A stretch of DNA of 32,000 nt from Longivirga aurantiaca. GTDB taxonomy: Bacteria > Actinomycetota > Actinomycetes > S36-B12 > CAIYMF01. Where the stretch lies: assembly GCF_042660085.1 (NCBI RefSeq), contig NZ_JBHSTI010000002.1, forward strand, positions 330,001 through 362,000, given 5' to 3'. Below the pieces are notes generated by a model. That model ran no database searches and was not told the origin of the DNA. It saw nothing but the letters and a program-made list of their open reading frames with translations. The first letter of the stretch is position 1. Every line of letters starts with the position of its first letter. This document shows, in pieces, positions 24,663 to 32,000 of the stretch. The position numbers were made by a program, and so were the translations under genes.

Positions 24663-25271
24663 ATGAGCGTCGACGTCGAGGCACCGACCACCGTTCCGCG
24701 CTCAGCCGCGGTGCGACCACGACGTGGCCGGTCGATCGCAGTGGCCGTGGTGGCCGCGCTGGCGCTCGGCCTCCTGGCGTCGGCGTACACCTACCGGCGC
24801 GCGGTGACCTCCGAGCGCGACAGCACGTTCATGGCCGTGCTGCAGGCGCAGTCGATGACGGCCTTCACGCAGATGCAGGCGGTGGGGTACGGGCAGGCGC
24901 CCGCTGACGCCGTGGTGATGTCCGAGGTCGTGGGCCTCGAGCTGCGCTACTACGAGCAGGGCCGCTCGATCACGGTGACCACGCCGAAGATGCGGCTGGG
25001 CTCACCGACGTCGTACGTCGTGCTCGACGCCGAGATGAGCAACGGCGACCTGCCCGGCTGGGTCGGCGACCGGTATACCTACGTGAGCATCCTGATGTTC
25101 GGCACCTACACGAACGACGAGAACGGGGCCTCCTCGGACGAGGGCAGCTGCATCCTCCGGGTGGGAAGCCCCTACGAGCCCGTGGCCACGGGCGAGCGCG
25201 TCGAGCTGCCCGGCGGCAGGACCGGAATGGCGTGCACTCCCGAGCAGCTCGCGACGTTCCGTATCAGCTAG
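24663..25271 (+). CDS. membrane-anchored hypothetical protein
   Basis: ATG at 24663 inside track ORF 24603..25271 is preceded by GGGGGA. The N-terminal anchor is RSIAVAVVAALALGLLASAY. Confidence 0.6.
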   Translation: MSVDVEAPTTVPRSAAVRPRRGRSIAVAVVAALALGLLASAYTYRRAVTSERDSTFMAVLQAQSMTAFTQMQAVGYGQAPADAVVMSEVVGLELRYYEQGRSITVTTPKMRLGSPTSYVVLDAEMSNGDLPGWVGDRYTYVSILMFGTYTNDENGASSDEGSCILRVGSPYEPVATGERVELPGGRTGMACTPEQLATFRIS

Positions 25272-26472
25272 CGGCCTGCGCGGGGATGCCTCCGACAGGC
25301 ACTCGCCCGATCGCCACGAGGGCGATGCCCGTGGCCAGCAGCGCCGGCACGATGAGGAACGCGAGGTGGACGCCGATGGCGTCAGCGACGGCCGCGAGCG
25401 CGAACGGTGCGATGCCGCTCGCCGCCCCGGCCGCCACGGACGAGAGCCCCGCACCACGGTCGACCTGACCGCCGGACGCCAGCACCGCGCGGCTGATGGC
25501 CAGCGGCGACTGGAGGCCGAGCCCGAGACCGGTGATCGCGAAGCCGACGAGCATCGGCACCGGCGAGCTCGAGAGCCAGGCGATGGCGAACCCGAGGATC
25601 GACAGCGCCATCGTGCCGATGAGCACGCGGTCGGGCTCGAACCGGCCGACGACGACGCTGCCGCCGACCCGGCCGATCGCCATGCCGCCGACGATGGTGA
25701 CGATAGAGGCCGCTGCGGCGGCCTCGCCGAGGCCGGCGCGGTCGCGCAGGAGGTCGCTGCCCCAGAGCATGAGCGAGAACTCGGTGCCCGCGCACAGCGC
25801 GAAGACGACGAACGCGTACCAGTAGAGCCGGGGCAGGGGAGCGCGCACCGTCGATGACGGTGCCGCGGCGTGGTGGTCGAGCTCGGTGTCGAAGTCCGAG
25901 AGGCGGCGTCCGCGCAGGAGCTCGAGCACCGCGAGCCCCAGGCAGGTGACGATCAGGCCCGGGCGCCAGCCCCAGCCGAGCCATACGCCGCCGCCGACAG
26001 CGAGCGGACCGAGGAGCCCCATCGTGGCGCCGAGCCCGTGCGCCTCGCTCATCGCGCGCGCGGAGGCGGCGACGTGGTGCGCCGGCAGGAACGCGTTGAC
26101 GCCCACCATCGCGAACGTGCCGCCGCAGGCCGCGAGGAAGATCCCGAGCAGCGTGAGCGGCAGCGGGTCGAAGCCCGTGTAGATCAGGATGCCGCCGGCC
26201 ATGAGGGCCGAGCCGAGCCGCAGCATCGCGCCGCGGCCCATCCACCGCACGAAGCGGGTCGCGGTGAGGCCGACGACGACCGATCCCACGGCCATCGCCG
26301 TGCCGTGCAGCGATGCCACCGAGCGGGTGTAGCCCTGCTCGTCGCGCAGCAGCGCGACGGTCGGGCCGAACGCGTAGAGGAAGTACCCGAACAGCCCGAT
26401 GTTGAGGTACGACAGCCACGTCGGGCGGTCGCGCACGATGTCGCGCCGCGCCGTCGAGGCCACCTCAGTCAT
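25264..26472 (-). CDS. MFS transporter
   Basis: Track ORF 25264..26505, 12-TM-like profile. I prefer ATG 26472 (MTEVASTARRD) because IR-2 copy F would otherwise lie inside the coding region, and because the 24-nt spacing matches copy E. The 3' end overlaps the convergent upstream gene by 8 nt. Confidence 0.85.
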   Translation of the reverse strand: MTEVASTARRDIVRDRPTWLSYLNIGLFGYFLYAFGPTVALLRDEQGYTRSVASLHGTAMAVGSVVVGLTATRFVRWMGRGAMLRLGSALMAGGILIYTGFDPLPLTLLGIFLAACGGTFAMVGVNAFLPAHHVAASARAMSEAHGLGATMGLLGPLAVGGGVWLGWGWRPGLIVTCLGLAVLELLRGRRLSDFDTELDHHAAAPSSTVRAPLPRLYWYAFVVFALCAGTEFSLMLWGSDLLRDRAGLGEAAAAASIVTIVGGMAIGRVGGSVVVGRFEPDRVLIGTMALSILGFAIAWLSSSPVPMLVGFAITGLGLGLQSPLAISRAVLASGGQVDRGAGLSSVAAGAASGIAPFALAAVADAIGVHLAFLIVPALLATGIALVAIGRVPVGGIPAQAAS

Positions 26473-26496
26473 GCCGCCGCCCGCCGTACGCCCCCG

Positions 26497-26567
26497 CGCT
26501 GACACTGATCAAGCCGCTGCTTCCTGGGGCGGGAAGCGACGGATCGACCAGGCTGAGCGGAGGGGTG
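26497..26567 (-). repeat. IR-2 structured intergenic repeat, copy F
   Basis: The reverse complement reads CCACCCCTCCGCTCAGCCTGGTCGATCCGTCGCTTCCCGCCCCAGGAAGCAGCGGCTTGATCAGTGTCAGCG. It starts 1-2 nt after the serC stop and ends 24 nt before the MFS ATG. Confidence 0.8.
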
Positions 26568-26568
26568 G

Positions 26569-27876
<1,308 letters not shown>

Positions 27877-29004
27877 TCAGGCGGTCGGGTGGTAGCCGCT
27901 CGGGGCGACCATCTCGGCGTCCCAGCCGGGCACCGACTCGGGCTTGCGGGGCGCGGGGCCGACGTACCTCGCGCTCGGGCGGATCAGGCGGCCGGTGCGC
28001 TTCTGCTCGAGGATGTGCGCGCTCCAGCCCGCGAGGCGGGCGCAGGTGAACATCGAGGTGAACATGTGCGCGGGCACCTGGGCGAAGTCCAGGACGATCG
28101 CGGCCCAGAACTCCACGTTGGTCTCGAGCACGCGGTCGGGCCGGCGCTCGCGCAGCTCGGCGAGCGCGGCCTGCTCGAGGGCCACGGCGACCTCGTAGCG
28201 CGGGGCGTCGAGCTCGCGCGCCGTACGGCGCAGCACGCGGGCGCGCGGGTCCTCGGCGCGGTAGACGCGGTGGCCGAAGCCCATGAGGCGGTCGCCCTTG
28301 TCGAGGACGCCGCGCACGTAGTGGCGGGCGTCGCCGTCCTGCTCGACGCCCTCGATCATGGTGAGCACGCGGGCGGGTGCACCGCCGTGCAGCGGGCCCG
28401 ACATGGCGCCGACCGCCCCCGACAGGGCTGCCGCGACGTCGGCGCCGGTGGAGGCGATGACGCGGGCGGTGAAGGTCGAGGCGTTCATGCCGTGCTCGGC
28501 CGCGGAGACGAAGTAGGCGTCGACCGCCTGCACGTGCTTGGGGTCGGGCTCGCCGCGCCAGCGGATGAGCATGCGCTCGACGACGGTCTCGGCCTCGTCG
28601 ATGCGCGACTGCGGCACCATCGGCTTGCCGATGCCGCGTGCGCTCTGCGCGACGAACGACATCGCCATGACCGAGGCGCGGGCGAGCTCGTCGCGGGCCT
28701 TGTCGTCGTCGATGTCGAGCAGCGGCTCGAGGCCCCACGCCGGGGCGAGCATCGCGAGCGCCGACTGGACGTCGACGCGCACGTCACCGGAGTGGACCGG
28801 GATCGGGAACGGCTCGGCCGGCGGGAGGCCGGGGTTGAACTCGTTGTCGACCAGCAGGCCCCAGACATTGCCGTACGAGACGCGGCCGACGAGATCCTCG
28901 ATGTCGACGCCGCGGTAGCGCAGCGCGCTGCCTTCCTTGTCCGGCTCGGCGATCTCGGTCTCGAAGGCGATGACGCCCTCGAGCCCGGGGACGAAGTCCG
29001 ACAT
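27877..29004 (-). CDS. citA: citrate synthase family protein (CitA / citrate synthase 2 type)
   Basis: Internal ATG (MSDFVPGLEGVIAFETEI) of track ORF 27877..29184. It contains LHGGA, GFGHRVYRAEDPRA and ARLAGWSAHILEQ. Confidence 0.9.
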   Translation of the reverse strand: MSDFVPGLEGVIAFETEIAEPDKEGSALRYRGVDIEDLVGRVSYGNVWGLLVDNEFNPGLPPAEPFPIPVHSGDVRVDVQSALAMLAPAWGLEPLLDIDDDKARDELARASVMAMSFVAQSARGIGKPMVPQSRIDEAETVVERMLIRWRGEPDPKHVQAVDAYFVSAAEHGMNASTFTARVIASTGADVAAALSGAVGAMSGPLHGGAPARVLTMIEGVEQDGDARHYVRGVLDKGDRLMGFGHRVYRAEDPRARVLRRTARELDAPRYEVAVALEQAALAELRERRPDRVLETNVEFWAAIVLDFAQVPAHMFTSMFTCARLAGWSAHILEQKRTGRLIRPSARYVGPAPRKPESVPGWDAEMVAPSGYHPTA

Positions 29005-29264
29005 GCGCGTGCTCCCGTTCGTCGTGGCGCGCGAGGGGCACGCCGGTGTGCTGGCCGCTCCTGTGGGAGCGGCCGAGGAGGTGTCACCTCCGACGGCGCC
29101 GGGACCCGGTGGGATCCCCGCCGACGCTGCCCATCCTGGCAAACGGGGGTCCGCGGCGGGAGCGGAGGGCTGGATCCGTGGCATCCGGGCTGTGTGACGT
29201 GCGGCGCGGTGCCGCAGGTACGGCGTACCGCGCGGGCCGAGGCGGGGCGCGGGAGGATGGGGCC

Positions 29265-29969
29265 GTGAGCGACTTCGCGGCCGGGCCGCAGCACGACCTC
29301 GCGGGGATGCGGCTGCACTACGACCAGGGGCGGCTCGTCGAGGGCGACCTCGCGCCGACCCCGGGGGAGCAGTTCGCCCGGTGGCTGGCCGACGCCGTCG
29401 CCGCGGAGGTGGTCGAGCCGAACGCCATGGTGCTCGCGACGTCGGACGCCGACGGAGTGCCGAGCGGTCGCACCGTGCTGCTCAAGGCAGCGGACCCGCG
29501 CGGCTTCGTCTTCTACTCCAACCACCAGTCGCAGAAGGGGCGGGCGCTCGCCGCCAACCCGCGCGCCTCGCTGGTGTTCCCCTGGTACGCGCTCACGCGG
29601 CAGGTGGTCGTGGTCGGCGAGGTCGAGCAGGTGTCGCGCGAGGAGGCGCAGGCGTACTTCTCGTCGCGGCCGTACGGCTCCCGCCTCGGTGCCTGGGCGT
29701 CGGCGCAGTCGACCGTGATCGCCTCGCGCGACGTGCTCAAGGCGCGGTACGCCGAGCTCTCGGCGGTGTTCCCCGACACGGGGTCGGCCTCGGACGTGCC
29801 GCTGCCTGACGCGTGGGGCGGGTACGTCGTACGCCCGGTGTCGGTCGAGTTCTGGCAGGGCCGGCCCTCGCGCCTGCACGACCGCCTGCGCTTCGTGCGC
29901 CTCGACGAGTCCGCGCCGTCCGCCCTCGACGACCCCACCGCCTGGCGCACCGAACGCCTCAGCCCCTGA
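29265..29969 (+). CDS. pdxH: pyridoxamine 5'-phosphate oxidase
   Basis: GTG at 29265 inside track ORF 29046..29969 is preceded by GGGAGGATGGGG. It contains GRTVLLKAADPRGFVFYSNHQSQKG, NPRASLVFPW and WGGYVVRPVSVEFWQGRPSRLHDR. Confidence 0.93.
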   Translation: MSDFAAGPQHDLAGMRLHYDQGRLVEGDLAPTPGEQFARWLADAVAAEVVEPNAMVLATSDADGVPSGRTVLLKAADPRGFVFYSNHQSQKGRALAANPRASLVFPWYALTRQVVVVGEVEQVSREEAQAYFSSRPYGSRLGAWASAQSTVIASRDVLKARYAELSAVFPDTGSASDVPLPDAWGGYVVRPVSVEFWQGRPSRLHDRLRFVRLDESAPSALDDPTAWRTERLSP

Positions 29970-29975
29970 CCCACT

Positions 29976-30041
29976 GCACTTCTCCGCCCTGAGGGCCGAT
30001 CACGGCAGTTCGACTGCACCTTCTGACCCTTGCTCGTGATC
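29976..30041 (+). repeat. IR-1 structured intergenic repeat, copy B
   Basis: GCACTTCTCCGCCCTGAGGGCCGATCACGGCAGTTCGACTGCACCTTCTGACCCTTGCTCGTGATC begins 7 nt after the pdxH stop. It aligns with copy A over its full length and with the reverse complement of copy C over the core. Confidence 0.8.
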
Positions 30042-30059
30042 TTCGACGTCGAGATCACG
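30035..30059 (+). promoter_or_regulatory. palindrome CGTGATCT-N9-AGATCACG in the MFS leader
   Basis: 8-bp perfect arms. The left arm is also the 3' arm of IR-1 copy B. It lies 50 nt upstream of the GTG at 30109. Confidence 0.4.
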
Positions 30060-30108
30060 TCGTACGCCGGGGAGCCCGCTGGTCCGGCGGCACGTAGGGT
30101 CGGCGCTC

Positions 30109-31362
30109 GTGGCCCGCCTCTTCGCCGATCTCTCGCCCCTGCGGGCATCGGCCGACTACCGGCGGATCATCCTCGCGCACGGCGTCAGCAACATCGGGCA
30201 GCAGATGACGGCGGTCGCGGTCGGCATCCAGGTCTACGCGCTCACGCAGTCGTCGTTGGCCGTCGGGCTCGTCGGCCTGTTCCAGCTCGTGCCGCTCATC
30301 GGCTTCGGCCTCTACGGCGGCGCGATGTCCGACACGCACGACCGCCGCACGCTCGGGCTCGTCGCCGCGCTCGGCCTCATGGGCTGCGCCGGCATCCTGG
30401 TCGCGCAGTCGGCGCTCGGCCTCGGATCGGTCGCCGTGCTGTACGCCGTCGTCGCGATCCAGTCGGCGTTCTTCGCGATCGGGAACCCCGCACGCCAGGC
30501 GATCATCCCGCGGCTGATCGCGCCCGAGATGCTGCCGGCCGCGAACGCGCTCGGCATGCTCGCGTGGGGCCTCGGCTTCACCGTCGGGCCGCTCGTCGGC
30601 GGGTTCGTCATCGCAGCCACCGGCGGTGTCGCGTGGGCGTACGCCGCCGACCTCGTGCTGTTCACCGGCGTCGTCTACGCGATGTGGCGGCTGCGCCCCG
30701 TGCCTCCCGAGGCGGCTGCGGAGGACCGGCGTACCGGCTGGGCCGCGGTGGGCGAGGGCCTGCGCTTCCTGCGCGGCAAGCACAACCTGCAGATGTCGTT
30801 CTACGTCGACATCGCGGCGATGGTGTTCGGCATGCCGCGCGCCCTCTTCCCGGCGATCGCGGCGGCGATGTACGCCGACGACCCGAAGATGGCCGCGACG
30901 GCGGCAGGCATCCTGTACGCCGCGCCCGCCGCCGGTGCGCTCGTCTCCGGCGTGCTGTCCGGTCCGCTCGGGCGGGTGCGGCGGCACGGGCTCGCGATCG
31001 TGCTGTCGGTGTTCGCCTGGGGTCTCGCGATCGCGGTGTTCGGGCTCGTCAGCTGGCTGCCGCTCGCGGCGCTCATGCTCGCGCTGGCCGGAGCCGCCGA
31101 CAACGTGAGCGCGGTGTTCCGGTCGACCATGCTGCAGTCGGCGACGCCGGACGAGTTCCGCGGACGCCTGCAGGGCGTGTTCACCGTCGTGGTCGCCGGT
31201 GGTCCGCGGCTCGGCGACGTCGAGTCCGGTGCTGTCGCCGCCCTGGCGGGCGAGCAGTTCTCGGTGGTGAGCGGCGGTGTCGCGTGCATCGCCATCACCG
31301 CGGCGCTCGTCGCGAAGTACCCCGGGTTCCTGGCGTACGACGCCGAGAACCCCGTGCCCTGA
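30109..31362 (+). CDS. MFS transporter, EntS/transmembrane-secretion-effector (MFS_3) type
   Basis: Track ORF, GTG start. It begins MARLFADLSPLRASADYRRIILAHGVSNIGQQM and has a 12-TM profile. The N-terminal pattern L...PLR...FRR is typical of the EntS-like family. Confidence 0.88.
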   Translation: MARLFADLSPLRASADYRRIILAHGVSNIGQQMTAVAVGIQVYALTQSSLAVGLVGLFQLVPLIGFGLYGGAMSDTHDRRTLGLVAALGLMGCAGILVAQSALGLGSVAVLYAVVAIQSAFFAIGNPARQAIIPRLIAPEMLPAANALGMLAWGLGFTVGPLVGGFVIAATGGVAWAYAADLVLFTGVVYAMWRLRPVPPEAAAEDRRTGWAAVGEGLRFLRGKHNLQMSFYVDIAAMVFGMPRALFPAIAAAMYADDPKMAATAAGILYAAPAAGALVSGVLSGPLGRVRRHGLAIVLSVFAWGLAIAVFGLVSWLPLAALMLALAGAADNVSAVFRSTMLQSATPDEFRGRLQGVFTVVVAGGPRLGDVESGAVAALAGEQFSVVSGGVACIAITAALVAKYPGFLAYDAENPVP

Positions 31363-31393
31363 CGCCGTCGGATCCGCTCTGCGGGACGGTCTC

Positions 31394-31470
31394 GGGTCAG
31401 AAAGCGCAGTCCAACTGCCGTGATCGACCCTCAGGGCCCACAGAGAATCGACCCTCAGGGCCCACAGAGA
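31394..31470 (-). repeat. IR-1 repeat, copy C (inverted, 3'-truncated) with a tandemly duplicated outer end
   Basis: The reverse complement of 31394-31438 reads GCCCTGAGGGTCGATCACGGCAGTTGGACTGCGCTTTCTGACCC. The outer 24 nt, ATCGACCCTCAGGGCCCACAGAGA, occurs twice in tandem (31423-31446 and 31447-31470). Confidence 0.75.
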
Positions 31471-31480
31471 GAGGACGGAG

Positions 31481-31499
31481 CGCGCCCGTCAAGGGCGCG
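31481..31499. terminator. hairpin between convergent MFS and RHH-protein genes
   Basis: CGCGCCC-GTCAA-GGGCGCG, a 7-bp stem. Confidence 0.35.
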
Positions 31500-31528
31500 A
31501 TCTGTCCTGAGCGGGTGGGATCGGGCCC

Positions 31529-32000
31529 TCAGGGGCGGTGGGTGAGCCAGGTGTGGAGGAGCTCGGCGGTGACGGCGTCGAGGTCGAGGCCGCGGCGTGC
31601 GGCCTCCTTCTCGGCGGCCTTGGCGAGCTTCTTCGGCAGCTTCACCTTGACCGTGGCGAGCGAGCCGGTCAGGAGGGCGGCGTCGGCCTTGGCGCGCTTC
31701 TTGGCCGCCTTGTCGGCGTTCTCCGCCGCTGCCGCAGCCGGGGCGTCGGTACGGCGCAGATGGTCCGAGGTGGTGCCGGAGAACCCGGTGCGCTTGCGCT
31801 TGTTCTTCACAGGAACCGCCGGCGGGGTCTGGTAGCGCTTGGACTTCTTCGGCGTCGCGGGGACGGCCGGCTCGGCCGCGATCTCGGCGGCCGCAGCGCT
31901 CGGGTCCGGCTCGGCCGGTACGGGTGTCGGCTTGGTGGCCTTCGCGGACCTGGCAGCGGCCGAGGCGGGCGCCGCACCTGCTCCGGCGGCCTTCGCCGGG
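31529..32000 (-). CDS. Ala/Lys/Pro-rich protein with C-terminal ribbon-helix-helix-like domain (partial; N-terminus beyond right edge)
   Basis: Track ORF 31529..31810 stays open in the same frame to the window edge (...PAKAAGAGAAPASAAARSAKATKPTPVPAEPDPSAAAAEIAAEPAVPATPKKSKRYQTPPAVPVKNKRKR...). The C-terminal ATVKVKLPKKLAKAAEKEAARRGLDLDAVTAELLHTWL has a strand-helix-helix pattern. Confidence 0.6.
   Translation of the reverse strand, partial: PAKAAGAGAAPASAAARSAKATKPTPVPAEPDPSAAAAEIAAEPAVPATPKKSKRYQTPPAVPVKNKRKRTGFSGTTSDHLRRTDAPAAAAAENADKAAKKRAKADAALLTGSLATVKVKLPKKLAKAAEKEAARRGLDLDAVTAELLHTWLTHRP

Noticed and set aside
25264-25271. 8-nt overlap of convergent gene ends around the palindrome GCTAGC
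   Set aside because: This is a trivial consequence of TAG/CTA sharing and is common in compact genomes.
29976-31470. Reading the IR-1-flanked MFS gene as a composite transposon
   Set aside because: There is no transposase, no clear target-site duplication, and copy C is truncated. It is kept only as one hypothesis within the corresponding finding, not called as a mobile element.
30030-31835. 601-aa plus-strand ORF overlapping the EntS-like MFS gene in another frame
   Set aside because: The MFS frame (30109..31362) has the hydrophobic 12-TM pattern, whereas this frame is Arg-rich. It only drew my attention because it translates the IR-1 repeats into the recurring peptide GQK(A/V)QSNCRDRPSG.

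Overview
High-GC (about 70% or more by eye) actinobacterial chromosome segment. Gene content and order look like a core, housekeeping region. From memory I recognise orthologues of M. tuberculosis gpgS, groEL2, pheA, xpb/Rv0862c, cspB, serC, citA and pdxH. I call about 38 CDS, mostly from the ORF track with N-termini trimmed by homology. Two small ORFs and one truncated gene are absent from the track. I also call one SAM-I riboswitch, two tandem CIRCE operators, several GC-rich hairpin terminators and two families of structured intergenic repeats. I saw no rRNA, tRNA, CRISPR array, transposase, integrase or recognisable defence or prophage genes, so this is not an obvious accessory island. Most very long ORFs in the track are antisense or alternate-frame artefacts of the high GC content. 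Things worth a second look: (1) A SAM-I riboswitch sits in front of a ThrC-like / CysO-like (-GG) gene pair, which fits a thiocarboxylate route to homocysteine better than threonine synthesis. (2) A roughly 66-nt hairpin-rich repeat (IR-1) lies upstream of pheA and, as an inverted pair, brackets an EntS-like MFS gene. (3) A roughly 70-nt repeat (IR-2) is present twice, each time ending exactly 24 nt before an ATG: a VOC-GNAT-NSAR operon and a second MFS gene. (4) The XPB helicase and its usual partner gene, which here ends in a WYL-like domain, are split by that inserted operon. (5) A 53-bp composite palindrome lies between two divergent, apparently leaderless genes. None of these is proven. 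All non-ORF coordinates were counted by hand against ORF-track anchors and may be off by 1-2 nt.
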